From the NCBI GenBank assembly GCA_041591085.1, contig JBFHSP010000001.1, positions 1-53,848 of the forward strand: a DNA stretch of 53,848 bases, given 5' to 3'. The position numbers were made by a program, and so were the translations under genes. Below are positions 20,084 to 29,478 of the stretch, in pieces. The notes beneath the pieces were generated by a model. That model did no database searches, was not told the origin of the DNA, and saw nothing but the letters and a program-made list of their open reading frames with translations. This stretch comes from Kangiellaceae bacterium. Its GTDB lineage: Bacteria; Pseudomonadota; Gammaproteobacteria; Enterobacterales; Kangiellaceae. The stretch's first letter is position 1. The number at the start of each line of letters is the position of its first letter.

Positions 20084-20099
20084 TGGCATCGAATTTGCT
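20084..20099 (+). promoter_or_regulatory. sigma54 promoter of fliK
   Basis: TGGCATCGAATTTGCT, near-consensus TGGCAY-N5-TTGCW. Confidence 0.85.
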
Positions 20100-20135
20100 C
20101 ATTAAAGGTTAATTCGTTGCCTACGGGAGCAGTTT

Positions 20136-21677
20136 GTGAGCATATCAAATCAATTACTTGGAAGTCTTTTGGATATAGGCGGAACTAAGTTAGTTGAATC
20201 CGATCTTAAAAATCCTCTTAAAGGGATTGAATTTCAAAGCTTTTTAGAGCTTTCCTCGCAAAGTAAGTTATCTTTAGAAAAGCCATTTGCGAAAGCCTCG
20301 AATCACCAAGAAAGTTTTTTATTCCAATCGGCCAAAAGCGGCAACCATTTGCCTGAAATCTTAACTAACGTCAGTGAACACCTAAAAGAAATAGAGAAAC
20401 GGCTTGAATTTGAACACCTAAAAGACATAGAGCAACGGCTTGAATTTGAATACCGTGATTTGGCTCAGGTTGATTTATCAAAATTAGACTTAACCTTGGA
20501 GCAGAGTGAGGAGATAGGTGTATTTAAAGCCCATACAGCCTTACCAACGGGTCAGAATGAGGATACCAATGTAAGTCATTTGTTAAAAACCGAACCGTTG
20601 AGCAAAGAGCATGAACAAACGGTTCTTGGCGAAACACCCCGCCTTAATCGCGCTAAACAATTGAACTTAAAAAACGAACTAAGTATCCAACAAAATACGC
20701 TCGAGAACAGGTTACCTTTGCTGCCTGCCAACCCGCTAACCATCAATCAAAACAAATTTTCTGAAGTGGAACAATTTTCGCTGAACGTTGAATCCAAAAA
20801 TGAGTGGGTAGATGAGTCATTGTTTGTTGATAAGAACTTAGTAAAACCAAACAATATGTCGGCTGACAATCGGGTAAATTTCACCGTTTTTGGTAAGTCG
20901 GTAGACGTTAATTTTGGTCTTTTTTCAGATAAGAAACATGTCGATAATTCTTCTCCGCTATTAGATAAAACACAATCTGAGCGGCTGATATCGGATAAAA
21001 ACCTAAATTTAGATGATATTAATGAGGTTAAAAGTTTCGATAAAGCTCTTTTAGGTAAAACCTTACTTGAAAACCGGGGAACTACAGATTTAATTACATC
21101 TAAGGCACTTCAAGGAGCAATCGATAGCTTTGGAGAGCAAAAATCTGTTGCCGATCCATTCAACCAAAACCTAACTAAACCGATAAGCGCCTCAGTTGTG
21201 TTAAATCATGTCGTTCAGACTGATCCGACTAATCAGACTCACTTGAGTGCTTTGGTAAAACAACCTCTTAACTTTTACAGTCGTCAATGGCAAGCCGATC
21301 TTTCCGCTAAAGTTGTAATGATGCGTCAAGGCGGAATTGATAATGCTGAAATTCAAATTGAACCCGCCGAATTAGGGCCCATTACATTAAAATTGAGCCA
21401 ACAAGGACATGAGTCAGTTGTGAGTGTTCACGCTGCGCATGCACAAACCCGTGAGTTATTAGAACAAAACCAAGAGCGTCTAAAGGAAATGTTGGCGTCA
21501 CAGGGACTTGAGCTTTCTCACTTTGATGTTTCGAGTGGAGAGTCTGAGCCGCAAGATAAAAAAGTGTTAACTAATGAGTCTGAATTGCTCAACCAAGTAG
21601 AAGACGAACATGAATTGGCTAGTTCAGATCGGCTAGTTGCTTATTCTCATAATGGACAATTGGATCTATTTGCTTAA
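20136..21677 (+). CDS. fliK: Flagellar hook-length control protein FliK
   Basis: Long low-complexity N-region; C-terminal AEIQIEPAELGPI..TRELLEQ..RLKEML..QGL and LDLFA; GTG start with GGAG RBS. Confidence 0.9.
   Translation: MSISNQLLGSLLDIGGTKLVESDLKNPLKGIEFQSFLELSSQSKLSLEKPFAKASNHQESFLFQSAKSGNHLPEILTNVSEHLKEIEKRLEFEHLKDIEQRLEFEYRDLAQVDLSKLDLTLEQSEEIGVFKAHTALPTGQNEDTNVSHLLKTEPLSKEHEQTVLGETPRLNRAKQLNLKNELSIQQNTLENRLPLLPANPLTINQNKFSEVEQFSLNVESKNEWVDESLFVDKNLVKPNNMSADNRVNFTVFGKSVDVNFGLFSDKKHVDNSSPLLDKTQSERLISDKNLNLDDINEVKSFDKALLGKTLLENRGTTDLITSKALQGAIDSFGEQKSVADPFNQNLTKPISASVVLNHVVQTDPTNQTHLSALVKQPLNFYSRQWQADLSAKVVMMRQGGIDNAEIQIEPAELGPITLKLSQQGHESVVSVHAAHAQTRELLEQNQERLKEMLASQGLELSHFDVSSGESEPQDKKVLTNESELLNQVEDEHELASSDRLVAYSHNGQLDLFA
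20375..20450 (+). repeat. 36-bp in-frame tandem duplication in fliK
   Basis: TGAACACCTAAAAGAAATAGAGAAACGGCTTGAATT / TGAACACCTAAAAGACATAGAGCAACGGCTTGAATT / TGAA, 2 mismatches. Confidence 0.95.
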
Positions 21678-21810
21678 TCGAAAAGTTGTCTAATGGGTTT
21701 GTAAGTTCTATTACTGATTATTTCGGTTAAGCTAGTAAGAAAAATCACATCTTTAGTATTTTTCTCTATACTTTCTATAGCTTATTGTTTTAGAAGCATA
21801 TTTTCTTTTT

Positions 21811-21910
21811 GCCAATGCGTTGACAAGAAAGAAAAAATTCCAATTAACTTCTTGATTTTTAGTGTCAAAACAATGACGCGAGTGATTTTGTGTTTTTTAA
21901 CTCATTGAAA
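21811..21910. promoter_or_regulatory. Enhancer of fliL operon: two FleQ-type boxes and two IHF sites
   Basis: GCCAATGCGTTGAC (21811-21824) and GTCAAAACAATGAC (21864-21877); IHF reverse complement AATCAAGAAGTTA (21845-21857, perfect) and TTTCAATGAGTTA (21898-21910). Confidence 0.65.
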
Positions 21911-21938
21911 AATATGAAGTTATTTTAAATTTATTGAC

Positions 21939-21954
21939 TGGCATCATAATTGCT
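21939..21954 (+). promoter_or_regulatory. sigma54 promoter of fliL-flh operon
   Basis: TGGCATCATAATTGCT, GG-N10-GC. Confidence 0.85.
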
Positions 21955-22026
21955 GAAATGTAAGTCAGCGTTCTCGATTAAATGCCATTAGAGGCGGTAA
22001 TACCGCCCAAACATCTGGAGAAAATT

Positions 22027-22527
22027 ATGGCAGAAGAACAAGAATTAAAACTCGATGATGAAGGTGGCAAAAGCAACAAGATGATTATCATCATTGCGGT
22101 TGTTGCCTTTTTAGTCATTGGTGGGGGAGCTGCATTTTTCTTTTTAGGGGGAGATGATCCCGCTCCGGCAGAAGGAGATGATGTGGCAGAACCAGTCGTG
22201 GTGAAAGAGCCTGCTTCTTATGTTGGAGTGCCTGGTGCGATTACTGCCCAGATCAAAGGTGAAAAAAAAGATCGAATGGTTCAAATTAAGTTGAGCTTTT
22301 TGGTTAGAGGAAATGAAGCTGAAAATGGCGTTAAAAAACATATGCCTCGTCTAATTGATCAAATCAATATTGTTGTGGCTAGTGCTATTGCTGACGAAAT
22401 TATTACGCCAGAGGGAAGAGCAAAGTTACAGGAAGAATGCTTAAAAGTAGTGCAACAAGTTATGCAAGAAATTGAAGGTAAACCTTTTGTCGAAAAAGTG
22501 CTCTTCGTGAGCTTTGTGATGCAATAA
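22027..22527 (+). CDS. fliL: Flagellar basal body-associated protein FliL
   Basis: N-terminal TM, C-terminal VEKVLFVSFVMQ; RBS GGAG supports ATG 22027. Confidence 0.92.
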   Translation: MAEEQELKLDDEGGKSNKMIIIIAVVAFLVIGGGAAFFFLGGDDPAPAEGDDVAEPVVVKEPASYVGVPGAITAQIKGEKKDRMVQIKLSFLVRGNEAENGVKKHMPRLIDQINIVVASAIADEIITPEGRAKLQEECLKVVQQVMQEIEGKPFVEKVLFVSFVMQ

Positions 22528-22530
22528 ATT

Positions 22531-23541
22531 ATGGTTACAGATTTACTCAGTCAAGATGAAATTGATGCGCTACTCCACGGAGTAGATGACGGTGATATTG
22601 ATGTAGAAGAGTCGGAACACGCACCCGGAGAAGCAACGCCCTATGATTTTGCTTCGCAAGATCGTATTGTCCGTGGCCGAATGCCAACGCTTGAAATGAT
22701 TAATGAGCGGTTTGCGCGTCATATGCGGATCAGTTTGTTCAACTTAATGCGTCGAAGCGCCGATATTTCTATTAACGGTATTCAAATGATTAAGTTTGGT
22801 GAGTACATCCATAGCTTGTTCGTCCCTACCAGTTTAAATATGGTTCGGATTAGACCGTTACGCGGAACTTGTTTGTTCACCCTAGAAGCCAAATTAGTTT
22901 TTATTTTGGTGGACAATTTTTTTGGCGGCGATGGGAGATTCCACGCAAAAATCGAAGGCCGAGAGTTTACTCCAACTGAACGTCGCATTATTCAAATTTT
23001 ACTAGAACAATCTTTTATAGATCTAAAAGAAGCTTGGTCACCCGTTATGAAGGTTGATTTTGAATATTTAGACTCCGAAGTAAACCCTGCGTTAGCCACA
23101 ATTGTGAGCCCCTCTGAAGTGGTTGTGGTTTGTAGTTTTCATATAGAGCTTGATGGCGGTGGAGGAAACTTTCACGTCACCATGCCGTATTCGATGATTG
23201 AACCTATTCGTGAAAAGCTAGATGCCGGTGTGCAATCTGATCGAGACGACGTTGATCATCGTTGGATCCAAGCGTTACGTGAAGAAGTGATGAGTGCGGA
23301 GGTTGAACTTCAATCAACACTTTTAGAAACTGAAATGACCCTAAAACAAGTCATGAATTTAAAAAAGGGCGATGTGATTCCTGTCGAAATGCCAAAGCAA
23401 GTGATTGTGGATGTTGGAGGTTTGCCAACATTTAGGGCGAAATATGGGCAGTCTCGCGATCGTGCCGCGGTAAAAATTACTGAAAAAATTTCAAGAGATC
23501 ACATTATACACAGCTTAATTGAGGAACATGACAATGAGTGA
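22531..23541 (+). CDS. fliM: Flagellar motor switch protein FliM
   Basis: LLSQDEIDALL, RIVRGRMPTLE, FFGGDG, REFTPTE. Confidence 0.97.
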   Translation: MVTDLLSQDEIDALLHGVDDGDIDVEESEHAPGEATPYDFASQDRIVRGRMPTLEMINERFARHMRISLFNLMRRSADISINGIQMIKFGEYIHSLFVPTSLNMVRIRPLRGTCLFTLEAKLVFILVDNFFGGDGRFHAKIEGREFTPTERRIIQILLEQSFIDLKEAWSPVMKVDFEYLDSEVNPALATIVSPSEVVVVCSFHIELDGGGGNFHVTMPYSMIEPIREKLDAGVQSDRDDVDHRWIQALREEVMSAEVELQSTLLETEMTLKQVMNLKKGDVIPVEMPKQVIVDVGGLPTFRAKYGQSRDRAAVKITEKISRDHIIHSLIEEHDNE

Positions 23542-23923
23542 AGATAACGAGCCCAATCAAGATGACATGGCAGATGAGTGGGCCGCTGCTTTAGATGAAC
23601 AAGAAGATTCAGATAAAGCGCCGCTCGATAAATTAACGGATTCAAGTGGCGGTCCAAGTAAGAATGAAAACCTCGATGTGATATTGGAAATTCCAGTCTC
23701 ATTATCGATGGAAGTAGGGCGTACCAATATTGCTATTCGAAATTTATTACAACTTAATCAAGGATCGGTGGTTGAACTTGATCGATTAGCTGGAGAGCCG
23801 TTGGATGTTTTAGTAAACGGAACATTAATTGCGCACGGAGAAGTGGTTGTAGTTAATGAAAAGTATGGGATCCGCTTGACTGATGTTATGAGTCCAAGCG
23901 AGCGGATTAAAAAATTAAAGTAG
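23534..23923 (+). CDS. fliN: Flagellar motor switch protein FliN
   Basis: DEWAAAL, LNQGSVVELDRLAGEPLD, GEVVVV; start taken as ATG 23534. Confidence 0.95.
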   Translation: MSEDNEPNQDDMADEWAAALDEQEDSDKAPLDKLTDSSGGPSKNENLDVILEIPVSLSMEVGRTNIAIRNLLQLNQGSVVELDRLAGEPLDVLVNGTLIAHGEVVVVNEKYGIRLTDVMSPSERIKKLK

Positions 23924-23929
23924 CATTTG

Positions 23930-24388
23930 ATGAAACTCATTCAAATTTTAATTTTTCTTTTAATCGCAGCGCCAACATTTGCTGAAAGTAACAAATCAGT
24001 AGAGCTGCCGTCTCCAGCAGGCTCCTTAGTGTCGGTTGTATTGGCATTGGTTTTTGTGGTTGTCGTGATTTTGCTATGCGCATGGTTTTTACGACGTTTG
24101 CAAAATGGAGCCTTTCGTTCCAATGCGTGTTTAAAAGTTGTTCATCAACAAATGGTTGGAGCAAAAGAAAGATTAATGGTGGTAGAGGTCGATAACAAAC
24201 AATTATTACTGGGAGTAACGGCCTATCAAATTACTCCGCTAGCGGAACTTTCAGAAGATTGGAATAAAAATTCACTCGTACAAAACGAAAGTGCTCCTAA
24301 TAATTTTCAATCATTGTTTGCCCGTCAATTAAAAGCGTCATTGGGTATCAAGCCGGTTAGCTCTGATCAGGACGGAAAATCATCATGA
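23930..24388 (+). CDS. fliO: Flagellar biogenesis protein FliO
   Basis: TM segment plus [19 protein letters not shown]; position between fliN and fliP. Confidence 0.88.
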   Translation: MKLIQILIFLLIAAPTFAESNKSVELPSPAGSLVSVVLALVFVVVVILLCAWFLRRLQNGAFRSNACLKVVHQQMVGAKERLMVVEVDNKQLLLGVTAYQITPLAELSEDWNKNSLVQNESAPNNFQSLFARQLKASLGIKPVSSDQDGKSS

Positions 24389-25161
24389 TAAGCATCGTTC
24401 GTATTAAAAAAATGCTTGTCATATCTTTATTGCTATTACTTAATTTATTTTTACCCGAACTAAGCTTTGCTGCTGAGTCTCCTGGTTTAATTCCTGCACT
24501 TACCGTTACTAATACTGCTAATGGTGGACAAGAATATTCGGTCACATTACAAATCCTTATTTTAATGACCATGCTCACTTTCTTGCCAGCCATTGTCATT
24601 ATGATGACGAGCTTTATTCGAATTTCGGTTGTGTTTGCAATTTTACGCCAAGCTTTAGGATTGCAACAAACGCCATCAAATCAAGTGTTAGTTGGATTAA
24701 CCTTGTTTTTAAGTTTTTTTATTATGGCTCCTGTATTAAATCAAGCTTATGACACTGCGGTGAGCCCTTACATCAATGAGCAAATCGAAGCTTCGCAAGC
24801 ATTAGAGATTGCAGTTGTACCTTTTAGAGAGTTTATGTTGGCACAAGTTCGAGAAAGTGATTTGCAAATGTTTTCTAATCTAGCAGGACATACGCTAGAT
24901 TTAGAGAAAACTGAAGAAGTTCCTTTTTCGGTATTGGTTCCATCTTTTATAACCAGTGAATTAAAGACCGCATTTCAGATTGGCTTTTTAATATTTATTC
25001 CATTTTTAGTGATTGATTTAGTCATTGCCAGTATTTTAATGGCCATGGGTATGATGATGTTATCACCAATGATCGTTTCCTTACCGTTTAAAATAATGTT
25101 GTTTGTTTTAATCGATGGTTGGGCATTGATCGTTGGCACATTAGCTAGCAGTTTCGGATAG
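24385..25161 (+). CDS. fliP: Export gate protein FliP
   Basis: [34 protein letters not shown]. Confidence 0.97.
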   Translation: MISIVRIKKMLVISLLLLLNLFLPELSFAAESPGLIPALTVTNTANGGQEYSVTLQILILMTMLTFLPAIVIMMTSFIRISVVFAILRQALGLQQTPSNQVLVGLTLFLSFFIMAPVLNQAYDTAVSPYINEQIEASQALEIAVVPFREFMLAQVRESDLQMFSNLAGHTLDLEKTEEVPFSVLVPSFITSELKTAFQIGFLIFIPFLVIDLVIASILMAMGMMMLSPMIVSLPFKIMLFVLIDGWALIVGTLASSFG

Positions 25162-25174
25162 TGGGGATAAAACT

Positions 25175-25444
25175 ATGTCTCCAGAAGTCGTTGTCAATGT
25201 ATTTAGCCAAGCCTTTTCTCTCGTAATTTTAATAACGGCTGCGATTGTGTTACCAGGTTTAATTGTTGGGTTAATTATTGCTATTTTTCAAGCGGCAACC
25301 AGTATTAATGAACAAACACTAACTTTTCTCCCTCGCTTATTAATTACTTTAACAGCACTCTCTGTTTTAGGGCATTGGATGGTGGGGCATCTTGTCGATT
25401 TTACGATTAACTTATATAACTCGATTCCAGAGTTGATCGGCTAA
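25175..25444 (+). CDS. fliQ: Export gate protein FliQ
   Basis: FQAATSINEQTLTFLPRL. Confidence 0.96.
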   Translation: MSPEVVVNVFSQAFSLVILITAAIVLPGLIVGLIIAIFQAATSINEQTLTFLPRLLITLTALSVLGHWMVGHLVDFTINLYNSIPELIG

Positions 25445-26223
25445 TGAATGTTGATTTAAGCAGCATCAATGATTGGCTGCTGCTTTATATTCTTCCGTTT
25501 TGTCGGCTCTCTGGCATGTTGTTGGTAATGTCTGTTATTGGAGCTCGAACGGTGTCTCCAAGAATTCGTTTGTTTTTAGCATTAACAACCGTAGTTGTTG
25601 CCGCACCTATGTTACCCCCAGTTCCTTCTGTATCGCTGTTTAGTTTTCAAATGGTTCTGCATATTCTTGCGCAAACCCTCATTGGTGTCGCTATTGGATT
25701 TATAAGCCGCGTGGTTTTTGAAACTTTTGTTATAGCCGGACAAGTCGTCGCAATGCAAACTGGCCTTGGTTTTGCATCGCTCATAGATCAGAACACAGGC
25801 GTCAGCGTTCCGGCGCTTGGTCAAATGTTTGTCATGATGGCAACCTTAATTTTTCTAGCAGTGAATGGGCATTTACAGTTAATTGAAATGATTATTGTGA
25901 GTTTTAATACCTTACCAATTTCTGAGTCATTCGAATTTTTTATTCGAATTGATCAACTTATTTATTGGTTTGAGCTCGCATTTTCTACCGCGTTTATGAT
26001 GGTATTAAGCGCAATAGTTGCGTTACTGGTGATGAATTTAAGTTTGGGGGTTATGACTCGTTCTGCTCCGCAACTCAATATCTTTGCGGTTGGCTTCCCT
26101 ATTATGACCGTAGTCGGTATGACCATCATTTGGCTGCTGTTAAAAAGTTTTCTTCCGCACTTTATCAACCAAATGGAGCGAGGCAATCAACTGGCTTGTC
26201 AGCTCTTAAACTTGGGGTGTTGA
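25444..26223 (+). CDS. fliR: Export gate protein FliR
   Basis: Hydrophobic; AGQVVAMQTGLGFA, NGHL, RSAPQLNIFAVGFP. Confidence 0.96.
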   Translation: MNVDLSSINDWLLLYILPFCRLSGMLLVMSVIGARTVSPRIRLFLALTTVVVAAPMLPPVPSVSLFSFQMVLHILAQTLIGVAIGFISRVVFETFVIAGQVVAMQTGLGFASLIDQNTGVSVPALGQMFVMMATLIFLAVNGHLQLIEMIIVSFNTLPISESFEFFIRIDQLIYWFELAFSTAFMMVLSAIVALLVMNLSLGVMTRSAPQLNIFAVGFPIMTVVGMTIIWLLLKSFLPHFINQMERGNQLACQLLNLGC

Positions 26224-26224
26224 T

Positions 26225-27352
26225 ATGGCAGAAAATGATGCCGGTGAACGCAGTGAAAAGGCCACGCCCCGAAAGCTGCAAAAAGCAAGAGACAAGGGGC
26301 AAGTAGCCAGATCGCGAGAATTAACTACAGCCATTTTACTCATCGCAAGTCCACTAGCCTTATTGTTTTCAACCGGAGCGATTTCTGAAGGCTTTATCAA
26401 AATGTCAGAGGTGACCTTGTCGGTTCGCAAAGACTTTTTATTTGATGAGCGTTATATGATGTGGGCTTTTGCCGAGAGCTTATATGTGGTTTTTAGTTCT
26501 TTATTAGTTTTTTTTGGTGTTGTTTTTGTAGCCTCGGTATTGTCACCGGTAGCACTTGGCGGCATTTCGTTCAGCGTTGAAGCGATGCAGCCCAAAGGTA
26601 ATCGATTATCACCACTTGCTGGATTTAAACGAATGTTTGGCATGAATGCAGCGGTTGAGTTAGGTAAAGCTATCGGAAAATTTTTATTAGTAGCGTTGGT
26701 TGCTTGGCTGGTAATAAGTACCAGTTTTGATACCTATATGTCTCTTGGAAAATCGACGCCCTCCGCTGAAGTTAAAAATGCAATTGAACTTATTTTAATC
26801 GGATTATTAATGGTGTCGATTTCGCTTATTTTAATTGCATTAATTGACGTGCCTTATCAAATTTGGAATCACGCTAAGCAATTAAAAATGACCAAGCAAG
26901 AATTAAAAGATGAGTTCAAAGAAACCGAAGGTAAACCCGAAGTAAAAGGGCGGATCAGACAATTACAACGTGAGGTTGCTCATCGAAGAATGATGGAAGC
27001 AATTCCCGACGCCGATGTGGTTGTGACTAATCCTGAACACTACTCGGTCGCATTAAAATATGATCAACTTAAATTAGGCGCTCCGATCGTAGTTGCTAAA
27101 GGTGTTGATGAAGTAGCAATGAATATTCGCAAAGTCGCTAATGCTCACGAAGTTCCACTTGTCGCCGCGCCGCCATTAGCTCGTTCGTTATTCCATACAA
27201 CTAAATTGAATCAAGAAATTCCTGCTGGATTGTATTTAGCTGTTGCACAAATCTTAGCGTATGTAATGCAGCTTAAAGCTTATAAAAAAGGCAAGTCAAT
27301 CCGACCAAAACCTATTACCAACTATCCGATCCCGGATGAGTTAAAACACTAG
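26225..27352 (+). CDS. flhB: Export switch protein FlhB
   Basis: EKATPRKLQKAR, EGKPEVKGRIR, autocleavage TNPEH, Pro-rich C-terminal tail. Confidence 0.96.
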   Translation: MAENDAGERSEKATPRKLQKARDKGQVARSRELTTAILLIASPLALLFSTGAISEGFIKMSEVTLSVRKDFLFDERYMMWAFAESLYVVFSSLLVFFGVVFVASVLSPVALGGISFSVEAMQPKGNRLSPLAGFKRMFGMNAAVELGKAIGKFLLVALVAWLVISTSFDTYMSLGKSTPSAEVKNAIELILIGLLMVSISLILIALIDVPYQIWNHAKQLKMTKQELKDEFKETEGKPEVKGRIRQLQREVAHRRMMEAIPDADVVVTNPEHYSVALKYDQLKLGAPIVVAKGVDEVAMNIRKVANAHEVPLVAAPPLARSLFHTTKLNQEIPAGLYLAVAQILAYVMQLKAYKKGKSIRPKPITNYPIPDELKH

Positions 27353-27361
27353 GAGTAGTGT

Positions 27362-29452
27362 GTGGCCGAGTTAGTTAACAATCGTTTTAAAGCGCAAACT
27401 TTAAGTGGCATTGGTACGCCGATCTTATTGCTTACTATTTTGGCAATGATGACTTTACCGTTACCACCGCTGTTGCTCGATGTGCTTTTTACCTTCAATA
27501 TCACTTTGGCCTTGGTAGTGCTGTTGGCAACGGTTTATACCTTAAGACCTTTAGATTTTTCTATTTTTCCTACGGTTCTTTTAGTCACTACTTTATTAAG
27601 ACTTGCGCTTAATGTCGCTTCAACTCGAGTAGTGTTACTCAATGGTCATACTGGACCAGGAGCGGCAGGCTCTGTAATTGAGTCTTTTGGATCGGTTGTT
27701 GTTGGTGGAAACTATGCAGTAGGTTTGGTGGTGTTTGCGATTCTAGTCATCATTAACTTTGTGGTAGTCACCAAAGGCGCCGGAAGGATTTCGGAAGTTA
27801 GTGCACGGTTTACGTTAGATGCAATGCCTGGAAAACAAATGGCCATCGATGCGGATTTAAATGCTGGTTTGCTAACCCAAGAAGAAGCTAGAATTCGGCG
27901 CGCAGAAGTTTCGAGCGAGGCAGACTTTTACGGCGCAATGGACGGTGCTAGCAAGTTCGTTCGAGGGGATGCGGTAGCAGGGCTTTTAATCCTCATAATC
28001 AATATATTAGGGGGTGTCGCCATTGGTATGGGGCAGCATAATTTAGAGTTTGGAACCGCAATGCAATTTTACGCGCTGCTAACCATTGGTGATGGATTGG
28101 TCGCGCAAATTCCTTCTCTTTTATTGTCTACCGGTGCCGCCATTATGGTTACTCGGCAAAACTCCTCTACCGATATGGGAACTCAATTAGTAGGCGAGTT
28201 ATTTACAAAAGCAAAAACACTTTGGATTGCTGCCGCTATTTTAGGGGTAATGGGGATAGTGCCCGGAATGCCGCATTTCGCCTTTTTACTGTTAGCAGTG
28301 ATTGCAGCGAGTGGAGCCTATTGGTTGCAACAAAAACAAGTAGCCGAGCTGAAACAAGTTGAAGAGCAAAAGCAGCAAGAAAAACGGGTAAAACAAAAAG
28401 AACCTGAAATAAAAGAGTTAAGCTGGGATGATGTTCCGCCCGTCGATCCTATTGGTTTAGAAGTTGGTTATCGGCTAATTCCGCTGGTTGATCCATCACA
28501 AGATGGAAAATTAATGGGACGAGTAAAAGGCGTACGGAAAAAACTATCGCAGGAACTAGGTTATTTAATTCCTCCTGTTCATATAAGAGACAATTTAGAC
28601 TTAAGTCCGAACGGATATCGACTTACCTTAATGGGCGTGGCGGTCGGTGATGCAGAAATTTATCCCGATAAAGATTTAGCCATCAATCCAGGACAAGTGT
28701 TTGGCAATATTGATGGGATCAAAACCAAAGATCCAGCGTTTGGATTGGACGCGGTTTGGATTGACACATCTCTCAAAGAGTCAGCTCAATCTATGGGTTA
28801 TACGGTGGTTGATTCGAGTACGGTGGTAGCAACTCATATGAGCCAACTGATCCAGTCTCATGCTAATGAATTACTAGGGCATGAAGAAGTTGAACATTTA
28901 TTGAAAAAACTCAGCAAAAATGCCCCCAAACTTGTTGAAAACCTAATCCCTGATTCATTGCCATTGGGTTGTTTGGTAAAAGTCTTACAAAACTTACTTG
29001 TTGAACAAGTGCCTATTCGAGACATGCGAACCATTGCCGAAACATTGGCGGAGTATAGTGTACGAAGTCAAGATCCCGCCGTTTTAACCACTGCGGTTCG
29101 GATCGCGCTATCACGATTAATTGTTCAAAATATCAATGGGTTAGAGCCAGAACTTCCAGTAATTACTTTAGATCATTCTTTGGAACAAATATTGCAACAA
29201 TCATTGCAAGCAAGTAGTGATGACAAAGTCAGCATTGAGCCGGGCTTAGCTGAAAAACTTCAGCAGTCGCTTAAACAAGCGGTGGAGCGTCAAGAGATGG
29301 CTGGAAAGCCAGCCGTATTGTTAACGTCTCCTGGATTAAGAAGTTCTTTGGCGCACTTTGCTCGTTTTGGGGTGTCTGGATTGCATGTGTTGAGCTATCA
29401 GGAAATACCCGATAACAAGCAAGTAAGGGTCGTCGCTACAGTAGGACAGTAA
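27362..29452 (+). CDS. flhA: Export apparatus protein FlhA
   Basis: RISEVSARFTLDAMPGKQMAIDADL, FYGAMDGASKFVRGD, LEVGYRLI; GTG start. Confidence 0.97.
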   Translation: MAELVNNRFKAQTLSGIGTPILLLTILAMMTLPLPPLLLDVLFTFNITLALVVLLATVYTLRPLDFSIFPTVLLVTTLLRLALNVASTRVVLLNGHTGPGAAGSVIESFGSVVVGGNYAVGLVVFAILVIINFVVVTKGAGRISEVSARFTLDAMPGKQMAIDADLNAGLLTQEEARIRRAEVSSEADFYGAMDGASKFVRGDAVAGLLILIINILGGVAIGMGQHNLEFGTAMQFYALLTIGDGLVAQIPSLLLSTGAAIMVTRQNSSTDMGTQLVGELFTKAKTLWIAAAILGVMGIVPGMPHFAFLLLAVIAASGAYWLQQKQVAELKQVEEQKQQEKRVKQKEPEIKELSWDDVPPVDPIGLEVGYRLIPLVDPSQDGKLMGRVKGVRKKLSQELGYLIPPVHIRDNLDLSPNGYRLTLMGVAVGDAEIYPDKDLAINPGQVFGNIDGIKTKDPAFGLDAVWIDTSLKESAQSMGYTVVDSSTVVATHMSQLIQSHANELLGHEEVEHLLKKLSKNAPKLVENLIPDSLPLGCLVKVLQNLLVEQVPIRDMRTIAETLAEYSVRSQDPAVLTTAVRIALSRLIVQNINGLEPELPVITLDHSLEQILQQSLQASSDDKVSIEPGLAEKLQQSLKQAVERQEMAGKPAVLLTSPGLRSSLAHFARFGVSGLHVLSYQEIPDNKQVRVVATVGQ

Positions 29453-29478
29453 CCTTAGAAAGATAGGTTTAACTTATT

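Noticed and set aside
27025-27040. FlhB cleavage motif NPEH instead of NPTH
   Set aside because: Known functional variant in polar-flagellated Gammaproteobacteria.
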